Shown here: piece by piece, positions 28,880 to 37,765 of the stretch
Position numbering within the stretch: position 1 is the stretch's first letter
Layout of the letters: each line of letters begins with the position of its first letter
Source of the DNA: a virus
Reading direction: 5' to 3' (one strand)
IMG/VR virus record: IMGVR_UViG_3300028393_000021
Length of the DNA: 64,000 nucleotides
Position numbers and translations under genes: made by a program
Notes under the pieces: generated by a model
Told to the model about the DNA's origin: nothing
What the model saw: the letters and a program-made list of their open reading frames with translations, nothing else
The model's database searches: none

Positions 28880-28987
28880 GAACCTTTTACTACGTAGAAT
28901 CGACTTATTGATCTGATAATGCGTTTGCGGCCTCTATACGCATTATGAGATAATATTATCGGTCGGTTTCTCTGTAGTAAAAGGTTC
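28880..28987. repeat. 108-bp imperfect inverted repeat
   Basis: gaaccttttactac (28880-93) pairs perfectly with gtagtaaaaggttc (28974-87); inner ataatgcgt/acgcattat. Confidence 0.85.
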
Positions 28988-28991
28988 GTGT

Positions 28992-29288
28992 TTAACTACA
29001 AGCGTATTGACGAGCGGGGATTAACTTATTATCCTCTATATACTTTAATACTGTATAAAAGTGTTCTCTGGGTAATGTATCCTGCCGCATAATATTATCA
29101 TGCAACTGTGCAGCATTTAGAGTATTATTAAACACTTGTAGTGCAGCAGCATTATGAGTAATATCATCTGCACACATTTTAAACATAATAAAGTCCGTTT
29201 CATTTTCATCATAAAACGCTACAGTATTAACAAGTGGGATCATTAACTTATTAATAGCTACTGCATGTTGTGTCATTTGCTTGCTCAT
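28992..29288 (-). CDS. Hypothetical early protein; paralog of 29710..30009
   Basis: Shared 'HAVAINKLM.PL.NTV...FKM.ADDI.HN.AAL.VFN.TL...QDT.PREHFYTVLKYIEDN'; AAGGA ribosome-binding site. Confidence 0.8.
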   Translation of the reverse strand: MSKQMTQHAVAINKLMIPLVNTVAFYDENETDFIMFKMCADDITHNAAALQVFNNTLNAAQLHDNIMRQDTLPREHFYTVLKYIEDNKLIPARQYACS

Positions 29289-29306
29289 TTTGGTTCCTTT
29301 TTAAAA

Positions 29307-29567
29307 TTAAACAAACTCAATATTATTTGTACGCAATTGTTGTTTTACAATTTGTACAATACGTTCTTTATCTTTTTGCAATGTTTTATATACTATATCA
29401 CCGCTAACATAATCACATTTTTTTTGTGTAGGAAATACATGTACAGTATCTCCATTATCATTTTGTTTTGTATGTACATTAAAGGCAACTATAATCTTAT
29501 ATAGTTCCGTTTTTTTATTGTACATTAACTTGGCTTTAGCAAGTGTATTAACTGCTTGTGCAAACAT
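29307..29567 (-). CDS. Hypothetical early protein
   Basis: Start re-assigned to ATG 29567 after AAAGGAG and a minus-strand promoter cassette. Confidence 0.75.
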   Translation of the reverse strand: MFAQAVNTLAKAKLMYNKKTELYKIIVAFNVHTKQNDNGDTVHVFPTQKKCDYVSGDIVYKTLQKDKERIVQIVKQQLRTNNIEFV

Positions 29568-29592
29568 GTCAGCTCCTTTGTAGTGTAAGTGT

Positions 29593-29686
29593 ATTGTAAC
29601 ACCGTTTTGGAGTGCCGTCAAGTGTGGCTTTATATACACGGTCATAGTGTAGGGGGATTGACAAAGTGGCAAAAGTGTTGTATAAT
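29593..29686. promoter_or_regulatory. Divergent sigma70 promoter pair at the centre of the early island
   Basis: Minus strand TTGACG-17-TACAAT (29621-29593); plus strand TTGACA-17-TATAAT (29658-29686). Confidence 0.85.
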
Positions 29687-29709
29687 ACATTTTTAACAGA
29701 AAGTAAACA

Positions 29710-30009
29710 ATGCGTAAAGTAACTCGAGCCCATGCTGTAGCAATTAACAAGTTAATGCTGCCTCTCATTAATACTGTTTGCGGCTATTTTGACCCCACAG
29801 ATAATGACATCGATTTGTTTAAAATGTACGCAGACGACATTGCACATAATGTTGCTGCATTATGTGTGTTCAATAGCACATTAGACGCTAGTGTATTACA
29901 CAATAATATTATGTTACAGGATACTAGCCCGCGTGAGCATTTTTATACAGTGTTAAAGTATATAGAAGATAATGCGTTAATTAATGCTAATGCATTTTGT
30001 TGCAGTTAA
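29710..30009 (+). CDS. Hypothetical early protein; paralog of 28992..29288
   Basis: See the paralog; has its own promoter. Confidence 0.8.
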   Translation: MRKVTRAHAVAINKLMLPLINTVCGYFDPTDNDIDLFKMYADDIAHNVAALCVFNSTLDASVLHNNIMLQDTSPREHFYTVLKYIEDNALINANAFCCS

Positions 30010-30032
30010 ACACAGCACAAAGGCCCTGCTTG

Positions 30033-30086
30033 TTGTAGGGTCTTTGCCTAGGTGCTGTTGTGCATTTACAACAAAAGACCCTACAA
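30033..30086. repeat. 13-bp perfect inverted repeat carrying the GACCCTA cassette motif
   Basis: ttgtagggtcttt (30033-45) and aaagaccctacaa (30074-86). Confidence 0.8.
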
Positions 30087-30169
30087 AAAATAAGTTATTG
30101 ACAAGTGTGTAAAACTGCGTTATAATACACACATACGTTGCACAGTGTAGCGTATAAAAAGGAACTAAA

Positions 30170-30634
30170 ATGCAAGCAATTAATACACAAACAGTTAAAC
30201 AGTTTATTAATAACGTAACAACAGAGGGCTTTTTGTTTATTATAGATGTTAATAAAACATTTACTACAGCAGGTGACGGTTACTGGAGCGACGTTGCAAA
30301 AGATGTATTTGTTACTAGTATTGGCATGTATATTAGCACAGAAAACGAAGCAGACGAGGGCGAGGAAGCTATGTACTGCGACGGTGATTTAGCAGTTAAT
30401 TATACAGAAGCTACATGGGATAATGCTGTAGACGGATTAATTTATACTGACAAAGCATTTTTAGCACAAGTAAAAGAGTTTTTAATTGCACAGGGCTTTA
30501 ATGCAGAAGCAGTTAATGACATTACATATAGCGAGCAGGGTATGCAAGATAATGAGCGTGTTAGTTGCGATGCATATGCGTTTGCAGATTATATGCGTAC
30601 TATTAGTAATGCTGCTATTATTATTATAGATTAA
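30170..30634 (+). CDS. Hypothetical acidic early protein (no prolines; no TC or CC in the coding strand)
   Basis: Promoter plus AAGGA ribosome-binding site. Confidence 0.85.
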   Translation: MQAINTQTVKQFINNVTTEGFLFIIDVNKTFTTAGDGYWSDVAKDVFVTSIGMYISTENEADEGEEAMYCDGDLAVNYTEATWDNAVDGLIYTDKAFLAQVKEFLIAQGFNAEAVNDITYSEQGMQDNERVSCDAYAFADYMRTISNAAIIIID

Positions 30635-30751
30635 TAGCATAATAGCACAGCGTATTAACTACGCTGTGCTATAGCCCTACAGTGTGTAGGGTCTTTGGTT
30701 GACAATTTAGTAAAACCCTGTTATAATACAGTTATACACTAGGAGCACACA

Positions 30752-31081
30752 ATGCAAACACACATTTCAGAGACCAGGGAAGCTGGCTTCTTTGCTTATG
30801 CCGCAATGAGGGATGCTCGTATGCGTAACGAAGCAATGAAAAGCACCTACAGTGATTCAGAACGTGTACGAGCAGAGCGTATGCGTGTGGGACTAGAGTG
30901 TGTTTACCGTAGTAAAGAAGTACACATAAACTACCGTAAAAAGTTCATTGCGGTAAAACTTAGTAATGCAATTGTCAGAGACAGGGCTTCTGTAGCAGAT
31001 TTAGAACGTTTTTATGCACTAGAGGGCATAAGCAAAGAAATTACGCCCCAAGCAATTATATACAGAATCCCCCGTCATTGA
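30752..31081 (+). CDS. Hypothetical early protein
   Basis: Promoter plus AGGAG. Confidence 0.8.
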   Translation: MQTHISETREAGFFAYAAMRDARMRNEAMKSTYSDSERVRAERMRVGLECVYRSKEVHINYRKKFIAVKLSNAIVRDRASVADLERFYALEGISKEITPQAIIYRIPRH

Positions 31082-31129
31082 TTAGGGTCTTTGGTTGACT
31101 GAGGGATAAAACCCAGTTATAATACACAT

Positions 31130-31315
31130 ATGATAAAAACATACGAACGAACAGCGATCCTACTGTTGAAAGGCCAGCCCAAGGCCAAGACGCGGGGGCG
31201 GGTGATACATGGCAGATTTATCTTATTCTATGAGAGTCTGCACCGTACTCCGCAGAGTCGTGCGTGGCGCCGGTTCATAAAGATGCGGGAACGGGTTGAC
31301 ATTTTGGTAAAATGA
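31130..31315 (+). CDS. Hypothetical basic early protein (probably leaderless)
   Basis: ATG lies 6 nt after TATAAT. Confidence 0.6.
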   Translation: MIKTYERTAILLLKGQPKAKTRGRVIHGRFILFYESLHRTPQSRAWRRFIKMRERVDILVK

Positions 31316-31330
31316 TTGTATAATACACAC

Positions 31331-31534
31331 ATGAACAAAGAACTTGCAACCCTAGAAAAATTATTGGCCAGTCATGATTGGTATCACCAATACTGTGACG
31401 ACTATAGTGCATACAAGCGAGGAGAGGACGAATGGTACCGTATCAACGTAGAACAACGGCGTTTGATCAATGAAAACTTGGTTTCTTCAGAGGAAATCCA
31501 AGCATTAACTTCCAAATACAGGCCTATCAGGTAA
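31331..31534 (+). CDS. Hypothetical early protein (probably leaderless)
   Basis: Start re-assigned to ATG 31331 (MNKEL). Confidence 0.7.
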   Translation: MNKELATLEKLLASHDWYHQYCDDYSAYKRGEDEWYRINVEQRRLINENLVSSEEIQALTSKYRPIR

Positions 31535-31577
31535 AAAAACGGTTGACAATAAATGGACATTGTGCTATAATACATTT

Positions 31578-31802
31578 ATGAAATCAAAAATCTTTATTGT
31601 TCAACGTGACAACGACAAGTATTTTAAGCAGAAACTGCCTACATGGCGCAATGGTTTCTGTGAAATAGTCCGTAATGTCACTATTGAAAAGGACCCACAC
31701 GACATCTACCAAGATGGCGAGTGGGGCTACATCACAGTTTATGGCCGTAAGATTTATGTCACTAGATCTGGCACTGAATTTGCTTTTGAAATTCGTGGCT
31801 AA
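31578..31802 (+). CDS. Hypothetical early protein (probably leaderless)
   Basis: Start re-assigned to ATG 31578. Confidence 0.7.
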   Translation: MKSKIFIVQRDNDKYFKQKLPTWRNGFCEIVRNVTIEKDPHDIYQDGEWGYITVYGRKIYVTRSGTEFAFEIRG

Positions 31803-31841
31803 AAGGTTGACATTTTGGTAAAATGATTGTATAATACACAT

Positions 31842-32186
31842 ATGAACAAAGAACTTGTACCCCGTAAGAAGCGAGTTGACCGCAATCATATAATATATGA
31901 GCTTGTAGTCAATGGGCTCAACTACATTGGTGTCACTGCCAAGACTGAGACCACTGTATTGAAGAGCGTTCGTGCTCGAGCTGCCAAGCACTTCTACCGT
32001 GCTAAGACTGAGAACAAGGATTGGTTATTGTGCGAAGCTTTACGTTCTTTGAATGACAAGAGCGAGATAGAGATTCGTGTGCATGAAGTTATACGTGGCA
32101 AGGCGGCTGCTCACAAGCGGGAAGTTGAGATCCGCAGAATGATTAACCCTGCGCTGAACACGGACATTCGCGGTGACTTGACATAA
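31842..32186 (+). CDS. GIY-YIG-like nuclease domain protein
   Basis: 'HIIYEL...LNYIGVT...R...H...E.E'; start at ATG 31842. Confidence 0.6.
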   Translation: MNKELVPRKKRVDRNHIIYELVVNGLNYIGVTAKTETTVLKSVRARAAKHFYRAKTENKDWLLCEALRSLNDKSEIEIRVHEVIRGKAAAHKREVEIRRMINPALNTDIRGDLT

Positions 32187-32233
32187 CGGTCAAAAGGCGC
32201 TATAATACATACTTAAACAACAAAGGAGCAGAA

Positions 32234-32515
32234 ATGAAACAAGACTACACTCTTTACATCTACAAGCGGGATCGTCGTTGCAAGGCTGGCGAACGCTTGT
32301 TCTCCACCACAGTGTGGCCCGGAATGGATCGGGATGGGATGAATCGCACTGTGACAGAGCTGTACCCCTTGTACAAGGCCACAGAGGGATGGCGTATGGA
32401 GTTCCATCCTGTGATGAAGACTGTGAAGAACTTGATGTCGGGGCAGGAGGTGCAGATCCGACATGACACACCTCGTTCATGTGATCCTTCAAGTGAACTC
32501 TATTGGAGCATGTAA
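32234..32515 (+). CDS. Hypothetical early protein
   Basis: Promoter plus AAGGAG. Confidence 0.8.
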   Translation: MKQDYTLYIYKRDRRCKAGERLFSTTVWPGMDRDGMNRTVTELYPLYKATEGWRMEFHPVMKTVKNLMSGQEVQIRHDTPRSCDPSSELYWSM

Positions 32516-32581
32516 AGACCCTAGTGGTTGACAGGGTTATTAGAACTGTGTTATAATACACTTACATTAAAAGGAGTTGCT

Positions 32582-32746
32582 ATGTTTTACAGTCATGATG
32601 AGTACAATGGACAAGTTGACGAGTTAATGAGTAACGAGCGTTATAGTTTTGCAGAGGCCTGTGCCATAGTGCAATATCGCATGGAGCAGGACCAGCAGGA
32701 GTACAATGACTGGCTTGATGGGAAAGCCGTTGAGACTCAAGTTTGA
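32582..32746 (+). CDS. Hypothetical acidic early protein
   Basis: Start re-assigned to ATG 32582 after AAGGAG. Confidence 0.7.
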   Translation: MFYSHDEYNGQVDELMSNERYSFAEACAIVQYRMEQDQQEYNDWLDGKAVETQV

Positions 32747-32781
32747 AGTTATAATACATACATCGCAACAAGGAGCACACT

Positions 32782-32865
32782 ATGACAGACTTTCAAATGT
32801 GGATGACAGTGGCAGTGATTGTAATCATCTTTGCGGTCAAGGTTTGGATCCTCACTAAAATCTAA
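32782..32865 (+). CDS. 27-aa membrane peptide (MTDFQMWMTVAVIVIIFAVKVWILTKI)
   Basis: Not in the ORF track; follows TATAAT-ACATACATCGCAACAAGGAG. Confidence 0.6.
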   Translation: MTDFQMWMTVAVIVIIFAVKVWILTKI

Positions 32866-32874
32866 GGAGATAGC

Positions 32875-33210
32875 ATGAACATTCAAGACATCAACAAGGC
32901 CATACTGTTTGGCACATTCACTAACAACGAACTCACCAGTGTCATTGATGCTGTGAAGTTTGCTCGAGCACGTCTTACAGAGAAGACCAAGCGGAGTCTG
33001 CGTATAGGTGACAATGTGACTTTCGACAGTGCCAAGCAGGGTCGTAACATCACTGGTGTAGTGATGAAGATTGCTATCAAATATGTCACAGTCAAGACAA
33101 TTAGCGGTCTGTGGAAAGTGCCTGCGAACATGTTGACATTGGTGCTGGATGAGGAATGGACTCCAGACAATGCAGACTTCTGCGATCCAGGCTCACGTCA
33201 TCACTATTGA
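32875..33210 (+). CDS. Hypothetical protein, SH3/KOW-like
   Basis: AAGGAG ribosome-binding site; 'LRIGDNVTF...TGVVMKIAIKYVTVKT...WKVP'. Confidence 0.7.
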   Translation: MNIQDINKAILFGTFTNNELTSVIDAVKFARARLTEKTKRSLRIGDNVTFDSAKQGRNITGVVMKIAIKYVTVKTISGLWKVPANMLTLVLDEEWTPDNADFCDPGSRHHY

Positions 33211-33267
33211 GGGGTTGACACATTGGTAAAACCGTGTTATAATACACTTACACAACAAGGAGTTAAT

Positions 33268-33450
33268 ATGTTTGAAAAAGACCCCCGAGAGTTTGCTTTA
33301 GATCTTGTAGATCAAGGTATGATAGATCCTATGATGTTATTGACTGCGGCCCTTAACTGGATGAGTCATGAAGAAGTACGCGACATGCTGGACGCTAACG
33401 AATTGAGCCCACGTTTCAGCGAAGAAGAGAACGAGGAGGACACAGAATGA
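33268..33450 (+). CDS. Hypothetical acidic early protein
   Basis: Start re-assigned to ATG 33268. Confidence 0.75.
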   Translation: MFEKDPREFALDLVDQGMIDPMMLLTAALNWMSHEEVRDMLDANELSPRFSEEENEEDTE

Positions 33451-33827
33451 CACGCTATTACGACACCATTGTAGCATTTGAGCGAGACGGCTTTGACATC
33501 ATTGTGGACAAGACCTATGAAGACATGCACCCCAGGGACAGCTTCGATGACAGCTGCCACGACGTTGACGAGATCTGCAAGGACATTGATAACGGGCAAC
33601 TCGAATGGTTCATGTTGCGAGTACGTGTACTCGTTGAAGGGCTCGAGTTGGGCAGTGCCTACCTCGGGGGATGCCTATACGAAGACCCCAAAGAGATCCT
33701 TACTGACGGGACTGCCGAAGACTTCATTGCTGAGGCTATGACTGAAGCCAAGAGCAAGGTCTACAGTATGTACAAGCGGTTTCAAGAGTTGAGCTTTAAT
33801 ATTGACGCAGAAGGCATTAATGCATGA
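33447..33827 (+). CDS. Hypothetical protein
   Basis: ATGA coupling and GAGGA ribosome-binding site. Confidence 0.75.
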   Translation: MTRYYDTIVAFERDGFDIIVDKTYEDMHPRDSFDDSCHDVDEICKDIDNGQLEWFMLRVRVLVEGLELGSAYLGGCLYEDPKEILTDGTAEDFIAEAMTEAKSKVYSMYKRFQELSFNIDAEGINA

Positions 33828-34048
33828 AGTTAAATGAAGTACTACAGTGGACGGGCACTGTATGCATACTGGCCATGTATCTGTCGATGAACTTCTTCCG
33901 TGAGCTGGCCCTGGATCCCGTGTTCGGACTCATGGGCGGATTGTGCTATGCCGCTTGGTCATACCGTGTGGCAAACAAGCCACAGTTGATTGTCAACGTT
34001 GTGGCAATAGCCGTATGCGTTATAGGGTTATATAACACACTCGGTTGA
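33824..34048 (+). CDS. Small membrane protein
   Basis: Three hydrophobic segments; ATGA coupling. Confidence 0.7.
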   Translation: MKLNEVLQWTGTVCILAMYLSMNFFRELALDPVFGLMGGLCYAAWSYRVANKPQLIVNVVAIAVCVIGLYNTLG

Positions 34049-34098
34049 CAGAGTGGTAAAACCACTGTATAATACATACATCGCAACAAGGAGAAGAC

Positions 34099-34299
34099 AT
34101 GTTTACTACACAAGCCCAACAAGAGTTCAAGCAGTCACTGAAAGCATTCAACGCCGCTAAGGAAGCAGAGTATTCCTACGCATACACCGCAGGCTACTGC
34201 GAGAGCATGGTCGTTGAGATGTTTGGTCTGCTGACAAAGAAGCAACAGAAATTATTTGCAGAGCAGATACAAAAAGAGCTTGACAAGCTGGCTGTTTGA
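34099..34299 (+). CDS. Hypothetical early protein
   Basis: Promoter plus AAGGAG. Confidence 0.75.
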   Translation: MFTTQAQQEFKQSLKAFNAAKEAEYSYAYTAGYCESMVVEMFGLLTKKQQKLFAEQIQKELDKLAV

Positions 34300-34334
34300 T
34301 TGTATAATACATACATACACTAAAAGGAGTTGAT

Positions 34335-34526
34335 ATGATGACAGAGCAAGAGTTTGAAACAAGGTTTGACAACTACGAGTTGGATGACGCCTATGCAGAA
34401 TACATTATGGAACGTTGCGGCGGCGACCGTGTTATTTGCAACGGTGACACACTGATCGCCGCTATGGAGGACGGCTACCTCTTTGACAGTTTTAAAGACA
34501 GTTTGGTTGACACTCAAGCAGTTTGA
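34335..34526 (+). CDS. Hypothetical acidic early protein
   Basis: Promoter plus AAGGAG. Confidence 0.75.
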   Translation: MMTEQEFETRFDNYELDDAYAEYIMERCGGDRVICNGDTLIAAMEDGYLFDSFKDSLVDTQAV

Positions 34527-34561
34527 CAGTACAATATACACTTACACACTAAGGAGCAGAG

Positions 34562-34828
34562 ATGAAAGCATTGCAAGCATACGTGGATCAGAAGAACAAG
34601 TGGAACGCGATCTTCAACGGGAAGCAGTATGAGATCGTGAGCAAGTTTGGTCGCCTGGAAGTGGCTGGTATGTTGGACGCAGACTTGAGTCCAGAGAACT
34701 TGACCTGCGATGGCGAACTGCCCCGTGCAGAGGTTGCTCGCCGCTACAAGACATTGACCAAGGCAGCACAGGAGTTGGTGCAGTTGGATCCGTCAGTTAA
34801 GATCTACGAATTCTACACAGGAGAATAA
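34562..34828 (+). CDS. Hypothetical early protein
   Basis: Promoter plus AAGGAG. Confidence 0.75.
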   Translation: MKALQAYVDQKNKWNAIFNGKQYEIVSKFGRLEVAGMLDADLSPENLTCDGELPRAEVARRYKTLTKAAQELVQLDPSVKIYEFYTGE

Positions 34829-34829
34829 G

Positions 34830-35042
34830 ATGAAAGCCTATGTGACCACTATCATTCGTCAGGAGTTGGAAGTGCCAGACAGTTGGGAGCGAGAGGATGT
34901 GCTGGACTTCCTGTCAGAGGTGCAATCATTCCGCACTGCCTTCCAGGGTGTGAGCAATGAAGATCAGACTGCCCGTATCATTGATCTGGGTGTTGTGGAA
35001 GAAGAGATTACTGAACTTGGTGAGGAGAGCTTCGATGCCTGA
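34830..35042 (+). CDS. Hypothetical acidic protein
   Basis: AGGAG ribosome-binding site. Confidence 0.75.
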   Translation: MKAYVTTIIRQELEVPDSWEREDVLDFLSEVQSFRTAFQGVSNEDQTARIIDLGVVEEEITELGEESFDA

Positions 35043-35113
35043 AGACCCTAGTGGTTGACAGGGTATTGAAACGGTGTTATAATACACTTACACTGAAACA
35101 CTAAGGAGCTGAT

Positions 35114-35371
35114 ATGTCTAACTACCCAAATATGAGTTACTGCATGAATGAGAACACTCTGGCAGCAATGAATCAGATTGTCAATGCAATGAACGAAGAG
35201 GGCCCGGCGTTCCTCACAGAGATGTCGCGTGATGAGAAGCGGGCATTCCAACAACTGTTCAACGTGTGTGAGGACTTCATGTCGTTGAGCGAAGAACTGC
35301 AAGAGGAAGTAGAGCGTGACGGACAGCCTTCGGAACATGACGAATGGATGTCATTTGACGCTGACTGCTAA
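35114..35371 (+). CDS. Hypothetical acidic early protein
   Basis: Promoter plus AAGGAG. Confidence 0.75.
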   Translation: MSNYPNMSYCMNENTLAAMNQIVNAMNEEGPAFLTEMSRDEKRAFQQLFNVCEDFMSLSEELQEEVERDGQPSEHDEWMSFDADC

Positions 35372-35489
35372 GAGACAAGGCGTTTGGGCGGCCAGTGACC
35401 TGCCCATTGTAAGACCAATCTAATAACCCTAATGGTTGACAGGGTATTAGAACTGTGTTATAATACACTTACACTAGATAGGAACAGAA

Positions 35490-35708
35490 ATGAACGAACG
35501 AATTAAACAACTTTTAAATCAGGCTGGAATCTATCAACCTGACCGGTTTGACGCTATTGACGGAAGCAATCAAATGGAAAAGTTCGCCGAGTTGATTGTG
35601 GAAGAATGTGCCAAAGTATGCGACTTGTATGCAATGCCCGACGGCACCAGTGAAACTGCGATCATTCTCGCTTATGCTATTCGTAGGAAATTTGGAGTTG
35701 AAGAATGA
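35490..35708 (+). CDS. Hypothetical early protein
   Basis: Promoter plus AGGA. Confidence 0.75.
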   Translation: MNERIKQLLNQAGIYQPDRFDAIDGSNQMEKFAELIVEECAKVCDLYAMPDGTSETAIILAYAIRRKFGVEE

Positions 35709-35959
35709 TTACAGCAAAGAACGTTCGCTACATGATCGACATTCCGCTTGAGCACATGAAAGCCATTGCCTCGAACAACAAAATCAAAGGCTTGAACATC
35801 ACAGGAGTAGAGTTCCTGGGCATCACCAACGGCGGGCAGTTCTGCTACACAGCAGTCTTCCAAGTCAAAGACGGGACAGACAGCACCAAAGTATTCCTAA
35901 CCTATGACCACACAGAGGATAGGGTTATTGCTGACTACCATTTGACAGAATTGGCATAA
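35705..35959 (+). CDS. Hypothetical protein
   Basis: ATGA coupling. Confidence 0.7.
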   Translation: MITAKNVRYMIDIPLEHMKAIASNNKIKGLNITGVEFLGITNGGQFCYTAVFQVKDGTDSTKVFLTYDHTEDRVIADYHLTELA

Positions 35960-35996
35960 GACAGTATAATACACACATAAACAACAAAGGAACAGA

Positions 35997-36170
35997 ATGA
36001 CACATCACTTAGTAATTATTGCACAGTTTGCCCGGGACAACGGGCTTACACTTACAGAAACTATAGAGTACATCGGCAATAATTACGACGACCTAACAGA
36101 AGAGATTGTTAGCGCATATGAGGACACTTATATGGAGCTAATGCAATTTGTAGAGACCCAGACAGCCTAA
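35997..36170 (+). CDS. 57-aa hypothetical early protein
   Basis: Not in the ORF track; promoter at 35942 plus AAAGGA, MTHHLVIIAQF... Confidence 0.7.
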   Translation: MTHHLVIIAQFARDNGLTLTETIEYIGNNYDDLTEEIVSAYEDTYMELMQFVETQTA

Positions 36171-36237
36171 GGGTCATTGACAGCAGGCCCGAAACCTGCT
36201 ATAATACATACTTACACAAACACACTAGGAGCACTAA

Positions 36238-36678
36238 ATGGGAACACGAAGCACTATTGCATTGGAATTCGCAGACGGCACAGTCCAGCAAGTATATTGC
36301 CACTGGGATGGTTACTTGGAGCACAACGGCAAGATCCTGTTGGAACACTACAGCGATCCGTTCAAACTGCGCGACTTGATTGACTTGGGCGACATGTCCA
36401 GCTTGGCCGCTAACATTGGTACACAACACAGCTTCAACAACCTAGTCGAAGGCGAATGCACATTCTACGGACGCGATCGCGGCGAGACTAGTGTAAGTGC
36501 CAAGCAGTTCAAAGACATCGAGGACTATTACGCAAACGTCCAAGGCGAGGAATACGACTATATCCTCAGCATGAACTGGGAAGGCAAGGCTCAGTGGTAT
36601 GTGCGACACTACGCAACTGGCGGCACTTGGATTGGATTAGAAATGGCATTTGAACAACAAGCAAAGGAAACAGCATGA
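36238..36678 (+). CDS. Conserved phage hypothetical protein
   Basis: 'MGTRSTIA...VYCHWDGYLEHNGKILLEHY'; promoter plus AGGAG. Confidence 0.8.
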   Translation: MGTRSTIALEFADGTVQQVYCHWDGYLEHNGKILLEHYSDPFKLRDLIDLGDMSSLAANIGTQHSFNNLVEGECTFYGRDRGETSVSAKQFKDIEDYYANVQGEEYDYILSMNWEGKAQWYVRHYATGGTWIGLEMAFEQQAKETA

Positions 36679-36857
36679 GCACACTGAAAGATTTGGCCTA
36701 CGATATCGAGCAACTGTATATCGACGGCTTCAACTCGCGAGCTATTGCAAACGAATTGAACTGCCCGATTGAGATTGTTCTGGGCGCATTGGAAGCAATG
36801 AATGTGGCTGATGCGCCACAAGAGGAGGAGATTTATAGTCCCTACTACGGCGCCTAA
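36675..36857 (+). CDS. Small HTH-like protein
   Basis: 'GFNSRAIANELNCPIEIV'. Confidence 0.6.
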   Translation: MSTLKDLAYDIEQLYIDGFNSRAIANELNCPIEIVLGALEAMNVADAPQEEEIYSPYYGA

Positions 36858-36957
36858 CTCCAAATAATGGTTGACAACGTTCCAAAATCGTTGTATAATT
36901 AAATTATGGACAGCAAGGTGCTGCTCATATTACACAGACACACATAAAGGAATTATC

Positions 36958-37368
36958 ATGTCTAAATCATTTACCCATGCAGGCGTTTCTAAACAAGACG
37001 GTCAGTTCAAAGTTCGCTTCGCCAATGATGCTCTTCGAGTCAAGGTCTTGGCCAAGAACGGTCACAGCGATATCGATATCATCGAGCTCAAAGAGCCTAT
37101 GAGCAAAGAAGATGCTATTGCATTTCTAATATCCATTGACTTCGCTACACAAAACGGTGTTACCAACGCCGCAGTCCAAGCTGCTCTATTTGATGCAGTT
37201 GACAAACGGGCCGTTGCCCCTGCTAAGACCGCCAAAGTCAAGGCAGTCAAAGCAGTCAAGACCGCGCCCACAATGGAATCCATCAAGGCCAAGGCCACTA
37301 AGGCAGCTCCTAAGAGCACAGTGTCCAAAGCAGAGATTGTTGCACAGATGGAAGACGCACCCTACTAA
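36958..37368 (+). CDS. Hypothetical protein with a Lys/Ala-rich tail
   Basis: Start re-assigned to ATG 36958 after AAAGGA. Confidence 0.75.
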   Translation: MSKSFTHAGVSKQDGQFKVRFANDALRVKVLAKNGHSDIDIIELKEPMSKEDAIAFLISIDFATQNGVTNAAVQAALFDAVDKRAVAPAKTAKVKAVKAVKTAPTMESIKAKATKAAPKSTVSKAEIVAQMEDAPY

Positions 37369-37457
37369 GCACTGCGGGGTATTGGGGCCAGAGTGCCCCT
37401 CTTTGGAGAACACACTATATTCATATGCTGTGTTCTCCAAAGACACTAGGAAATAAC

Positions 37458-37715
37458 ATGAGCAGACTTTCGTTATATGGCAGGCAATGGGTGGTATTTG
37501 ATGCTCAGAACAAGCAACATCGTCAGTGGTTTGCAGGGTTCCAAAAACGAAATTCTTGGAGCGATTGTCCCGTACGTTTCATTATTGATGATGAGAACGG
37601 AGACTTACTAACCATGATACAACGCCGCTTGATTGATTATTACACCGTTCGAGAATTCGGCAAAATAAAGAAACAAAAAATAGTTCAAAAAAGATTGACA
37701 TTGATTAAAGATTAA
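37458..37715 (+). CDS. Hypothetical protein
   Basis: Start re-assigned to ATG 37458 after AGGA. Confidence 0.7.
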   Translation: MSRLSLYGRQWVVFDAQNKQHRQWFAGFQKRNSWSDCPVRFIIDDENGDLLTMIQRRLIDYYTVREFGKIKKQKIVQKRLTLIKD

Positions 37716-37765
37716 TGTAATATAATTGTAACTGTGCAAACAGTACAACATTAAGGAAAACAAAA

